DNA of 64,000 nucleotides from Camelus ferus (GCF_009834535.1 NC_045697.1:42472001-42536000), one strand, 5' to 3'. Shown: positions 39,001 to 52,089, counted from the first letter of the stretch. The notes: generated by a model not told the origin, from the sequence alone. Numbers and translations: made by a program.

Positions 39001-39553
39001 AGAAATAATAATATATGCTGTAAGTTCTCAAAACTTTAGCAAGATTTCAAGCTACATCCAATGACTGTATTAAATTTTAACTTATTTTTGTCTTAGCCTG
39101 ACTCAGATCTTTTGTGTTTTATAGTTCCTCAGTCATAGAGGCCTCATTTTATTAAACTTTAAAGTTTAGGTTTATAGAATTCTAAAATGCCATATAACTT
39201 GTGTTTGTGAAGGTATATATATGTGGGCATACCTATATACACTCCTTTGAGCAGACAAAATGTCTAAGAAGTGCATACCAGCCTGTTAATGACTATCTTT
39301 GAGGCATGGGTTAGGGGAAAAGAAGAAGGGTTGGTGTTGTGGTGGAGAGCAGTATTTTTGTTTTGCTTCAAAAAATGTGTTCTACTTGACATTTTATATT
39401 CTACTAAGTATGTATTTTCATTAATATGAAAAATGAATATGCTTTTGATTTTTTGTTATAGTTAATGTTAGGAGAGATAATTTCAGAATGTTTAAGGACT
39501 AGTAAACTACTTACATATAAAGCTATCTGTGCTGCAACAAAAGCGTATGTAAT

Positions 39554-39747
39554 TTTTTAAATTGAAGGATAGTTGATTCACAGTATTGTGTTAGTTTCAG
39601 GTGTACAGCAAAGTGAATCAGTTACATATATGTGTGTGTGTGTGTATGTATATATATATATATATATTCAGGTTATTTTCCATCATAGGCTATTATAAGA
39701 TTATGTTCTGTATGCTATATGGTAAATCCTTGTTGCTTATCTATTTT
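39554..39747 (-). mobile_element. L1 3' end with internal (TG)n(TA)n and TSD
   Basis: TSD aagcgtatgtaat (39541-39553) / aagtatatgtaat (39748-39760). Confidence 0.88.
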
Positions 39748-40309
39748 AAGTATATGTAATGTGAAAAAAATATTTTTAGCACACGTATTTGACAATCAGA
39801 TGTTTTTTGAACGTCATTGCATGAATTAGTTTTTTATGTAATTGCATCAAAGTTGAATCTCTTTGCTTTTCTCATCAACATATGTTTCCAAAAATATATA
39901 TACAAGTTTCCACTTAAAACTGTAATTAACAGAAAGTGTAATATATCCTAACTTGAAATGTCTATAATTCAAACTGCAATAAGGAATTGCAGGAGAGAGG
40001 CCTTCAACATATTACTCTCCTTTTGCTAATTTTGGGCTTCATGTCTGGGCATCTGATAGGACCCCAGTGTTATAAAGGGCACTTAACTAGGAATATATGG
40101 ATGTATTTTCCAGTCTTCAGTATATGCAGGCTGGATTGCATCATCTTCAGACTATTTACTAGTTGATGATGATTTTGTCACCTTCCAAGGAGCTGACCAT
40201 TATCTCTTTCTCCTTAAGTAAACCTATTCCTTCAAGTATATACATAAAGAAAAGAGAACAGATTATAAGTGTACAGTTAAATGAATTTTCCCTAAATGAA
40301 CATGCTGTA

Positions 40310-40985
40310 CCATTAAAAAAAAGAAAGAAAAAGAAAAGGCAAGCCCAAGGCTGGGAAAAGTATTTGCAAAACATATCTAGCAAAGCATTTGAACCAAAAT
40401 ATCTTAAGAATTCTCATAATTTAATAATAATACAAAGAACTCTGTCAAAAAATTGACAGAGGATTTGCACAGGCATTTTACTGTGGGTAGGTGAGTAGCC
40501 AATACATACCACATAGAAAGATGCAAGTACATAGAAAGATGCTCATCACACTAATCATCAAGGAAATATGGATTAAAACTGTACTGTGATACTACTACCC
40601 ATCCACTAGCATGGCTAAGAATCAAGTCTGACAATGTTAAGATCTGATGAGAGTATGGAGCAACTAGAAGTTTCCCCTCATATGCTGCTGGTGAAATGGT
40701 ATATGCACTTTAGTGAATAGTTGATTAGTTTCTTATTTTTTAATTCTTTTTTGGGGGGAGTAGGGGAGAGGTAGTTAGGCTTACTTATTTATTATTATTT
40801 TTTTAATTTAACAGAGGTAATGGGGATCAGTACCCAGATCTCATGCATGCAAAGCATGCGTTCTACAGCTGGACTATACCCTTCCCTCCAGTTTCTGATA
40901 ATGTTAAACATATTCGTTCTGAGCTATAAAGTCTTAGGTATATACTCAAAAGAAATGAAAGCGTATGTCTACCAAAAAGCTAATG
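40310..40985 (+). mobile_element. Old L1M ORF2 3' fragment containing a SINE
   Basis: ctgggaaaagtatttgcaaaacatatc...tgtgatactactacccatccactagcatggcta...gtatggagcaactagaa. Confidence 0.8.
40740..40889 (-). mobile_element. tRNA-derived SINE (vic-1-like), nested in L1
   Basis: Similar to the 26240-26375 copy (catgcatgcaaagcatgcgttctacagctggactatacccttccc); agtttct repeated on both flanks. Confidence 0.85.
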
Positions 40986-40989
40986 TTCG

Positions 40990-42770
40990 TAGTAAAATGG
41001 TTTTAATTTGCTTTTCAAGAATAATCAGTGATATTAACATCCTTTCATATGCTTGTTTGCTATCTATATCTGGATTTTTTTTCTAAGTAGTGACATGTTT
41101 GCTCTTTTTAAAATTAGGCTGTTTATTTTATTATTATTATTGAGTTACAAGAGCTCTTTATATATTTTGGGTATACCTGTCTTTTATCTGGTATTTTACA
41201 AATACTTTCTCCCAATATGTGGCTTCATTTCATTTTTAAAACAGTGTCTTTTTAAGAGCAGAAGTTAGTTTTGATGAAATTCAGTTTGTCAGTTTTTCTT
41301 TTATGGTTTGTGCTTTATATCCTAGCGGAGGATTTTTTTGCCTAACACAAAGTCACAATAATTTAGCACTGTTTTATTCTAGAAGTTTTATAGTTAAGGT
41401 TTTACATTTAGGTCTATGATCCATTTTGAGTTAAATGTTGGATGTGATGTGATGTATGGGTTGGTTGAGATTTTTGTTTTGTTTTGGATCTTACATGTGG
41501 TTGTCCAATTGTTCTAGCACTATTTGGTGAAAAGTTTTTCCTTTCTCCATTCATTTGCTTAACATCTTTGTCAAAAATGAATTGACCATAAATATCTTAA
41601 TCTATTTGTGAAATCTGTATTTTTTTCATTGATCTAGGTTTCTGTCCTTTCACCAGTACCACACTGTCTTGATTACTGTAGCTTTATAATAAATCTTGGT
41701 GTCATGTAATATAAGTACTCCAACTTTTTTTTGTTTTGAAGTTGTTTTGGCTGTTTTAGTTTCCTGGCTCTTCTATGTAAATTTTAGAATCAACCATTTT
41801 GATGGTTTCCCAAAAAACCTCCAAAATCTACAATAGTTTTGATTGGAATTGCATTGAATCTGTATATGAATTTGTAGAGAAGTGATATCTTAATTATGTT
41901 GTCTCCCAATCCATGAATATACTTTATCTCTTTATTTACTCAGGTCATCTTTGGTTTATCTCATCGGTGTTTTATAGTTTTCAGAATACGAATCTTGCGA
42001 ATAGTTTGTTAGATTTATCCCTAAGCATTTCATGTTTTTTGGGTGCTATTATAAATAGCAGTATATAAATATGTAAATTTCTAGTTGTTTCATTGTTGAT
42101 ATATGGAAACATGATTAATCTTTGTATATTGAACTTTGTATACTACAACCTTAGTAAATTCCCTTATTAAATCTAGTAGGCTTTTTTTTTTTTTTTTTTT
42201 TGGTAGATTCTTCAGGATTTTCTATATAGACAGTCTTATTTCTTCCATTGTAACGTGGAATTACATTAATAAAAATGCCTTTTATTTCTTTTCCATACCT
42301 TATGGTACTGGCTAGGACTTCCAGTATAATAAAGACAGAAAGAATTCAGCCTTTCACCATTACACATGATGCTAGCTTTATTTGTTTCAAAGATCCATTT
42401 GTCATCTTAAGGTTCATTCTAGCCCTGATTTACTAAGAGTTTTTGAAATCATGAATGAATGTTGAATTTTGTCAAATGCTATTTTTGTATCTATTGAGAT
42501 TATCATTGGTTTTTCTTTATTCTGTTGGTATGGTGAATTATATTGATAAATTTTTGAATGTTGAACCAGCCTTCTATTTCCAGGATAAACTCCACTTGGT
42601 CATGATATAATATCCCTTTTATAGAGCTAATATTTTGTTAAAAAATTTTTGCATCTGTGTTCACAAAGGATATTGGATTTCTAGATTTCTTTTCTCTTAA
42701 TGTCTGTGTCAGATTTTGATATTGAGATATTGCTTGTCTTATAAATTGCTTTGGGAAGAATTTTCTCCAG
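40990..42770 (-). mobile_element. Old L1M ORF2 fragment
   Basis: tttaggtctatgatccattttgagttaa; gtaccacactgtcttgattactgtagctttata; ggataaactccacttggtcatgat. Confidence 0.9.
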
Positions 42771-42779
42771 TCTGGATTC

Positions 42780-44820
42780 AACTGGATAGTGTAAACACAC
42801 CTATTTAGTTAGCTATATTTTGTGTTAAAAAGCAGGGGAGGGATAAAGCACACTCATATCTGTTTAGCTTTACAAAAAAAGGTGGGCAGTGAAAGGTAAT
42901 GAGAACAAAGTTTTATGGTAGGGAATGACATGAGACATAATGACATAAAAAAGGCATACACGTTTTTATATAGTTTTGATGTTTCAAAGCATGTTATCTT
43001 CCATATTCAAAATAAGGATGGGAATGGGGAAAATTCAAAACCACCAGAATGAATGAACCTGATTGTATTTTAAATTAGTACTATACTTACATTGAAGGGG
43101 AAGAGAAAGTGAATCTAATTTTTTAACATAATATTTGACTGTTTATCCTCAGTTTGGGTGGAGGTAAGGGGGGAATTGCAAACAAATCCCAAACTCTTTC
43201 CACTAGAGTTTATTTTTTGTAGTGATGTGGACAAAGTAACTCTGGGTCATTTTTAGGTGTGTTATGGATTGAGTAAATGTTTTCAGGTTGTTGAGGTCAG
43301 GATCTGAGGAAGGAGGGACCTACAAATATGGAATGGGAAAAGGCAAAAATGAATCCTGTGGGGATGGGCTGTAATTGAAGGTAGCAGTGTGAATTTATTA
43401 TTTTTGAAACCAGTATGTATCTGTACATTTGTATATGTGTGAACATATATATATATGTATATACACACATACACACACACATCCATATATTTGTGTGCAT
43501 ATATATACAGGTATTTCCTAGTAGTTCTGTCTGAGAAAAAGGCAAAGAGCAGTGGGCACACCTATCCCAAATCTTGGTCTCTAACACTATTGTCAACACG
43601 AAGGAATTGGAGTTCCTCAGAGAAATGGCTGATTGCAAGTCCGGGCAGGGTATACATACCAGGTGAATCTGTTTTTTTGTTTTTTGTTTTTTGTTTTTTT
43701 TTTAATACTAGAAGATAAGAAAATGTTTCTAAAAACAAAATGGGAGCAAGTCACAAGAAGCCTGTTGGGGTTCCTACTGGCCCAATCATATAAGTGTAAT
43801 AATGAATTATGAACCATTGAAAACAGGAATTCATTATCCATAATGATAATAAACTGATAAATAAATGAATAAATAGAGAAATCTCTTGCTTACAGTAGAA
43901 TTCTGGATACTAGAGTTGGAAAATCATCATTTTGCAGCACTTACAGTGAAGGTTAGAAAGGGCAAGAATCACAACAAAATAGAAGAAGGGGAAATACCGG
44001 TGAAGAGCAGGGTATTTCCATAGTGTTAAAGTGTCTTTCCACTTTGCGTATTATTTGCAAAGTATACAATAGAGTTTATACGTTGGTAAAATCCAACAGC
44101 AACATGGGGTAGATAGATACTGTGTGAATCTGGATATGGCGCTTTGAGGGCACACGTCATCATCTGTGTGGTATTCTGACCAAGACTGCATAACCCGATC
44201 TAGTCATGAGCAAACATTAGGCAAACCCCAAAAAAGGAAGGAACATTCTACTTAATAAAAAGGAGAGGAGGCTGTGTTCTTCAAAAAACAAACAAACAAA
44301 AACCCCCACAACCCACTGTCATGAAAGACAAAGGCTGTGGAAGTGTTCCAAATTCAAGGTGGCGTAAGAAAGATGACCACTAACTGCAATACCTGACCCT
44401 GGACTGGATCCTATACTGGGCGGGGAGAAAAGTACTATAAAAGGATATCATTGGACCAGTTGCAATAAGTTGGAGTACATATCCTAAATACAGATATTGT
44501 AGCAATGTGCAGATTACCAACAATAACTGTATTGCAGTTATAAAAGAGAATCTCTCTGTTCTTAGGAAATGTACACTGAAGCAAAGGAGCAAAGGGCCAT
44601 GACGTATATAAGGTATCCTCAGTTGGTTTCTAGAAAAAAATAAAAGTTGGAGTGTGTGTGTCTGTGTGAAGGGAGAGTGCAAGAAAGTACATGAGCCCAA
44701 GTGACAGAACAAAGAAGGTAACATTAACAATTGGTGACTTTGAGTGTAAGGGTGATTTTTTTATTCTTATATTTGCAGCTTATCTGTAAGTTTGAAATTA
44801 CTTCCAAACAAAATATTTAG
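42780..44820 (+). mobile_element. L1MC/MD-type long 3'UTR
   Basis: gggcacacctatcccaaatcttggtctctaacac...ttcctcagagaaatggctgatt; cttaggaaatgtacactgaag; cttatctgtaagtttgaaattacttcca. Confidence 0.8.
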
Positions 44821-45237
44821 AACACTTACAAATATCTGCCCTTTATTTTTAGACTTTCCTTATTTATAAAGAGCTCAGTTCTTTGTCTGTAACAAGTTTG
44901 GAATGAACATTTTTATAATATTTTCCTATGTGTTGGTGTTGTCGCTCTGCAAACCATTGTTGAATATGATACAGTTAGTGGGAAATAAATGTCACTCTTG
45001 GACAACAAGAACCTAAAACCTAATTGGGGGGGGGGGGACCATTTACTCTAGTGATTGCTTTATGTTTATGTTAGCTGCAACATTTACTGAAGTTTTTGAG
45101 TTATTGCTATTATCGCTTATCTGTTGAAAAAATATTAGGAAGATTCTTTTACAGCAAGAGTCTAGTGTTGCCCCGATTAGATTATTTTGTTTTGTAAACT
45201 CAGAAAGATTGTTATGTTTAGCCCTAAGAATGTAATT

Positions 45238-46650
45238 ATTCATTTGTTCATTCAAAAAATGTTTATTGAATGCCTACTATGTGCTGGGCCCCTTCCTAGG
45301 CATTGAAGGTGTAGCACTGAGCAAAATAAAGTTCTTGCCCTTGTGGATTTCATGTTTTTGTGGGAGGACATACAAAAATAGGAATGGAAGTGAAATGAAT
45401 GCTGGTAACATTGGAGAAAAATAAATCAGGGAAGTGAGTTAGAGCTGCTGGGAATGAAATTGTTACAGTTTTAAGTAGAACAAATAGGAAAGAGTTAACA
45501 TAGGAGCCATTTGGTCCAAGATCTGAAGATAGGGAGTGAGCTAAGTAGAGATAATCATCTCTTGGAATAGCATTGAGGAATGGCAACAAGTGTACAGGCT
45601 GTGAGGCAGGAGTATGCCTAGCCTGTGTGAGGACTAGCAAGGAGGTCAGCAGGAAAGGAGGTCAGAGGTATTGGAGGCTAAATTATATAGGTTCTTTTTG
45701 CTGTTTTGAAGATTTTGGCATTTATTCTGATATGAGATTTTGGGTGCAGATGTTACATTATATGATACACGTAACATTATCAGGATCACTCTGACTGCTT
45801 TGATGAGAAAGGACTGAAATAGGGAGACCCTAGAAGTTAGGAGTCCAGTTACTAATCTGTGGAAAAAACCCAAATGAGAAATGATAGTTTCTATTGTACA
45901 GAGTCTTGAGAAGTGTCAGAGTCTACATAGATTTAGTAGTTGGAGCCAGTGGTGTTTGCTGATGGGTTAGAAAGAGGATAACTTGAACCTTAGTGATCAA
46001 TGGAGAAAAGGGGGAAATTAGCAAAGGAAGCTGAAGAGTGGCCCCTGAGATAGAATGAAACCAGGAGAATCTTTGTTCTGGAAGCCAGGTGAAGAAAGTG
46101 TATCAGGGCTTGATCACACTGATGGCTGCAGATGGGTCAAGAAAGATGAGATCTGATTGGCTTTTCGATTTTATAGTGTGTGTGTGAGTGATTGGTGACT
46201 TTAGAGTTTCAGTAGTGTGTTGGGGAGCAAAAGTGTAATTGGAATATGTTCAATTTGAATTGGAGAATGCTTGAAGACAGAGAGTAAGGACAACTTTTCT
46301 GCCCTTTCACTGAAAAGGGAATCAAAGAAGCTGGCCATAACCTAGAGGAGTATGTAGGGGTCAAAAGGTTTACTGTTTGTTTTCTAATGATTGGAAATAT
46401 ATATATACACCAATGATTTTGCTTTATTGGGAGGACAAAATTAGGAAGTTAGTGATGTAGGAAAGAGAAGAGGGGCTTACTAGAGCAGTGTCTTTGACTA
46501 GTAAGGGCATAACATCTAGCATTGAAGTAGGGAAGTTAGACTTTGATATGGTTTCAGAAAGTTCAAACACAGTAGAAGGTACAGATTCAGGTAAGTGGGT
46601 AAGTATGGTTCTGCAAGTTCACTTCTGATTGCTTATATAGAAATCAAGGC
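45238..46650 (-). mobile_element. L2 (L2a-like), long 3' fragment
   Basis: ttcatttgttcattcaaaaaatgtttattgaatgcctactatgtgctggg tail; aggatcactctgactgct; gaagccaggtgaagaaagtgtatcag. Confidence 0.88.
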
Positions 46651-47207
46651 CAGCAGTGTAGACTGATTCAGATTTTATGTAGCTTTTGGTTTTTTTCTAT
46701 GTGATGCTGTTCATCAGGTGATCTGCCAGGAGTCCTGAGAAGCCATAGGAGGGCTATAGCCCTGCTTGTTAAAATTTCTTTTTTGAATATTTAGCTTTTT
46801 GTTGCTCTGTCCAGTTTATTTAACACTTGGGAAGAGATTTCTTAAACCCTTTTGGGGCTATAACTGGAAATAATTTTTTTCTCATTAATCTTCAAACCGA
46901 AGAGTATGATTCAAAGGCCCTTAGAATTTATTAGTACAATTTTCACATTATATATAAGAAAACTAACTTAAAGTCATAGCTAGGAAGTACAGCTAATTGT
47001 CTAGCCAAGTCTGGAATCCAGGTCTCTGTTATTCTAACTCATGTAGTTTAATTTTGAAATTCAGTTTTTATACCTTTGTGCATATACATTCAAATTCAGC
47101 CCTTTGACAGTATAACTAACTTATTCTAAATTGGAGGCAACCAAAGCGTGAAATAAAATCACACAAAATGTCAGGTTCAAAAATGAGAACTCTAAAATGT
47201 GATTTAA

Positions 47208-49010
47208 TACATTAAAAAAAAACCCCAAAAACTAACAAGAATAAACCTGACCAAGGAGGTTAAAGACTTATATGCTGAGAACTATAAAACATTGATACTT
47301 GAAGGTGATTCAAAGAAATAGAAAGATATCCCATGCTCTTGAATTGGAAGAATTAATATTGTTGAAATGACCATACTACCCAAAGCAATCTATAGATTTA
47401 ATGTGATCCCTGCCAAATCACCCATGACATTTTTCACAGAACTAGAACAGATAATCACAAAATATATATGGAACCATAAAAGACCCAGAATTGACAAAGC
47501 AATCCTGAGGAAAAAGAAGAAAGCTGGAGGCATAACCCTCCCAGACTTCAGACAATACTACAGAGCTCCAGTCATCAAAAAGCATGATATTGGCACTAAA
47601 ACAGACATCTGTCTGGATCAATGAAATGGAATAGAGTCCAGAAATAAACCCACATTCCTACACTCAATTAATCTTCGACAATGGAGGCAAGAATATAGTG
47701 GAAAAAAGACAGTCTTTTGGGCAAGTGGTGTTGGGAAAGCTGGACAGATGCGTATAAATCAGAGTAGAACACTCTGTCACACTATACACAAAAATAAACT
47801 CAAAATGACTTAAAGCCTTAAACATAAGACAGGACACCATAAATCTCCTAGAAGGGAATATAGGCAAAACATTGTCTGACATAAATCGTAGCAATGTTTT
47901 CTTAGGTCAGTCTCCCAAGGCAACAGAAATAAAAGCAAAAATAAACAAATGGGACCTAATCAAACTTATAAGCTTTTGCACAGCAAAGGAAACCATAAAA
48001 CAAAAAAGCAGCCTACAGAATGGGAGAAAATATTTGCAACCAATGTGACCAACACAGTCTTAACTTCCAAAATATACAAACAGCCTATACAACTCAATAA
48101 CAAAAAAACTAAACCATCCAGTCTAAAAATAGGCAGAAAATCTAAATTGACATTTCTCCAAAGAAGACATACAGATGGCCAATTAACACATGAAAAGATG
48201 TTCCACATAGCTTTTTATCAAAGAAATACAAATCAAAACCACAATGAGGTACCACCTCACACCAGTCAGAAAGGCCACTATTGAAAAAGTCTACAAATAA
48301 TGAATGTTGGAGAGGGTGTGGAGAAAAGGAATCCTACACTGTTGGTGGGAATGTAAATTAGTGCAGCCACTATGGAAAACCGTATGGAGATTCCTTAAAA
48401 AACTAAAAATAGACTTACCCTATGATCCAACAATCCCACTCCTGGGCATATATATCCAGAGGAAACTAATTCAGAAGATATATGCACCCCAATGTGCATA
48501 GCAGCACTGATTACAAAAGCAACCTAAATGTCCATCAACAGATGAATGGATAAAGAAGAAATAGTATATATATGTATACACACACACACACATATATATG
48601 TATATAGTACATGTGTACACACACACACACACACACACACAAATGGAATACTACTCAGCCATAAAAAGAATGAAATAATGCCATTTGCAGCAACATTGAT
48701 AGACCTAGAGATTATCTTACTAAGTAAAGTAAGTCAGACAAAGACAAATACCATATGATATCATTTATGTGTGGAATATAAAATATTATACAAATGAACT
48801 TATTTGTAAAACACAGACAGACTCACAGACATAGAAAACAAACTTACGGTTACCAAAGGGGAAAAGAGGGGAGGAGGGATAAATTAGGAGTTTGGGACTA
48901 GCAGATACAAACTACTATATATAAAATAGATAAACAACAGGTCCTACTGTGTAGCACAGGGAACTATATTCAATATCCTGTAATAGGCCATAAGGGAAAA
49001 GAATATGAAA
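47208..49010 (+). mobile_element. LINE-1, truncated at both ends, with TSD
   Basis: ORF fragments [15 protein letters not shown] and [34 protein letters not shown] aaaatgtgatttaa (47194-47207) / aaaatatgatttaa (49011-49024). Confidence 0.95.
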
Positions 49011-49329
49011 AAAATATGATTTAAATCATGATTTGTATTAAATACCTAAAATTATATTATGCTGCATATTGTAATTGGAATGCACTGAAATCGAATCAAA
49101 GCATGTGCCCTTGGCTGAATTTACATTAAAAGATTATAAAACAGGATCAATTATATGCCATTTTAGATTACTGACACTTTTAGACATCGGTAGATGGCGT
49201 TAATTACTAAAACAGGTTAGAAAAGCATCAGTACTCGAGCACGCTGTGTATAGTTCTGTCTGGCCTCCTGGTATTTCTACTACTTTATCTCAACACTGAC
49301 CTGCACCTGGTAATTCAAAAAAGGTAAAG

Positions 49330-50260
49330 CCAAATAATCAGCATCCAAAATACAATATACAATTTCTATGAAATATTGAAGGGCAAAAAACTGAGGAGGA
49401 AGGTGGCAATAAAAATAAATAGGCATTTCATAAAAGAGGAAACATGAGTTACCCAATAAACATAAAGAAATGCTCAGTATCATTAATCAACAGGAAAATG
49501 CAATTTAAGAGCACAGTTAGATGGTTTTATACCCCTAGCTTAAGAAGTTGGCATTATTAAATGTTGGAGAGGATGTGGATCAATATGAACTTCCTGGGGC
49601 TGGTGAGATTATACATTGCTAAACACATTTTGGAAAAAATAAAAATTGGCAACCTCATGAAAAATTGAAATACATATATTCCTCAACTCTTAGACAAATA
49701 CTTAAGAGAAGCTTTGACACATGTGGAATAGATGTGTATGAGAGCTTTCATAACATGCTCATAATAGCAAAACAAAACAAAAGCTGTAGAGAAAATAAGA
49801 TGCTATTGTAAAGAGAATGGATAATTCATTTATGGTATATTTCCATCATGTGGAATTATTTTGCAGTGAAATGAACTACAGCTACATACAACAATATGTC
49901 TATACCTTGGAAACATAATATTGAATGAAAAAATGAAACACTAGAAGAGCTGCTTAATACCATTTTCACAGAATTCAGAAACAAAATGAAAGTGTTGCTG
50001 AGGGGTATGTACATATGTGGTGTACTTTCTAAAAAGCAAAGGAATGATAAACACAAATAGAACAGTAAGTCCAGGAGACTGAAAGGATGAGAGATGGGGC
50101 CTAGAACAGGGAGGAGCAAAGCAGTAAACCATTACCAGTAACTTACATTTAGGTTCTTGAGTTGGGTGACAGGTACTTTGATGTTCATTCTGTTATTTTG
50201 CTTTGAATTTAAAACATGTTACAAATAATGTGTTTTATGTAAGTGGGTAATAGTATATTA
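49330..50260 (+). mobile_element. Old L1ME-like 3' region
   Basis: ccaataaacataaagaaatgctcag...aaatgttggagaggatgtggatcaa...gcagtgaaatgaactacagctaca. Confidence 0.8.
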
Positions 50261-51139
50261 AGAAATAATGAAGGCATATTCTGATGTTACAGTTCAGGAG
50301 ACATGCCATCACTGCTGCCTACTCTCTCGCTGCCACTTCAATCCCTAACATCACTCAGTATTTCACTAAAGGAATCTTGCTTTAAAGTCTTCTTTCTAAT
50401 TAAGCCTGTGTCAGCCATCTGACAAGCCACTCAGTAACAACTCGGATAAATAACTGAATGAATGATTCGGGAAAACTATTCAGGATTTTTCATAGAAACC
50501 ACCTGAGAAGTAGATTTTTAAAAATACTTTTTCTTCACTTCTTGCTGGGTTCCTATAAAATAAGACGTGAGGCAAACAGCAAAACTAGGTTATTATTGCA
50601 TAGGGTTTTGAACGATAATTAACTGTATATTTAAGGGGAGTCTTACTGATGTTTGAACTCTTGTACTAATATGACCAAAGAGATGAACAAATACATGATA
50701 AAAACAGTTGATCAGAAAAGCACAGTGTTGTTAAAAGACGAAGCTATTCTGAAGCATAACTTTTTAGAGTGAGAAGGCCTGTGGGAATTAGTCTCCTCAT
50801 TTTTTAATAAAGGAGCTTTGGAACCAAAGAAGTAATTGATTAAGGTCATAGAACTTGTTGAGAGCAGAGTTAGACCTCATGATTCATATACTGGTGTTTT
50901 TATATTGAAATATTGAATGATAAATAAAAGAAGCATTTAGATATCCTGTATGAGGCGTGCTGAATAACTTGAGGTTATATTAGAACCACTGAGTGAAGAA
51001 GCAATGTTTTTTTATTTTAGTTTAGAACATATCAGTTCAGCTATATTCCACATTTATCCTCATGCTTGACAAATATTCCTAGGGAAATAGGAGAAATGAT
51101 TTTTCCCCCTCTTATTTTATTGTCCAAAAAGAGACAGTG

Positions 51140-51310
51140 TGATCTATGATGTACAAATGAATCCTGGACTAAAGTGGGAAGAGTCAGGTTCTGAACCTGG
51201 CTCTGCCACTGAACAGCTGTCAATGATTTTTGGCCTGACGTTTCCAGGTCTCGGTTTCCTCACTGGTGAAGTGGAGAAGCTGAACCTTTTTCTACAAAGA
51301 CCAGCTTTAA
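51140..51310 (+). mobile_element. MIR/MIR3 SINE
   Basis: ggttctgaacctggctctgccactgaacagctgt...tctcggtttcctcact. Confidence 0.7.
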
Positions 51311-51508
51311 ATGATTCTATATTCTTCTTTAGATTTTTGAATAGCAAATTTTATTTATCTTAAATAAAGTGTTGTTGTGTATTCCACTATTAAACCATTG
51401 GCAAGAAATAAGGAGATAAAGAGAGACTCAATCAGTAGGAAACGAAAAATTCATGTCCCCAAAACATATTCTGAAAATAAACTGGATTTTCTTTTTCTTT
51501 CATCACAG

Positions 51509-51602
51509 GTATAATACTTCTCTACATCTGCTTCAAGAAGAAAGTGCCTGCCACTCCTGTTGTTCCTACGCAGGTTCATGCCAGCCCAGAACACAGAATC
51601 AG
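51509..51602 (+). other. WDFY3: Non-coding exon 2 (94 nt, 5'UTR)
   Basis: Polypyrimidine tract plus CAG| acceptor (AG 51507-51508) and CAG|GTGAGT donor. Sequence (gtataatacttc...ttcatgccagcccagaacacagaatcag) and length match my recall of human WDFY3 exon 2. Confidence 0.88.
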
Positions 51603-51679
51603 GTGAGTTTTAGGATTGTTTTGTCTGTTGAACAAGAAGCCAGGAACAGAATCATGATAGTCATTGCTAAATTGTTGCA

Positions 51680-51850
51680 TTGAAGCAAGACCACTGGACT
51701 GTGACTCAGAAGGGCTGGGTTTTAATCCTTCTTTACCACTGATGGCTAGGTAAACCCAGGCAAGCCTTCTCTCCTGCATGGCTTTCATTTTTCCATAAAA
51801 AACAATGATATATTAGAATAAATTATGCTTAGTTTCACTTCTGGCTTTAC
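51680..51850 (+). mobile_element. MIR-like SINE
   Basis: actggactgtgactcagaagggctgggttttaatccttctttaccact...caggcaagcc. Confidence 0.65.
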
Positions 51851-52089
51851 AGCATTATATTTTTATTGTAGATATCTACATAGAATACAGTCATGTTTTT
51901 AAAGCATCATTTCCCTTTTTCCTGGAAAAATCTAGTTGTTAGCACAAGCTTTGGAACTCTTTATTATATTGTAGTTACTGTGAGTGACTAATTTGAATGA
52001 TGAGGCACTTGAGAGTGTTACTGCTACCTTGTTGCCTTAGTTTTAGTATTTTACTTTGCTCTATTGTTTCTGAAAAGTTTATTATTACT

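Larger units (their letters stand above)
22642..51508 (+). other. WDFY3: Intron 1 (28,867 bp, GT...AG)
   Basis: GTGAGT donor and ttttctttttctttcatcacag acceptor. Confidence 0.8.

Noticed and set aside
51453..51683. 76-aa unspliced ORF spanning exon 2
   Set aside because: Starts and ends in intronic sequence and runs through the polypyrimidine tract; only the exonic part is considered (see findings).
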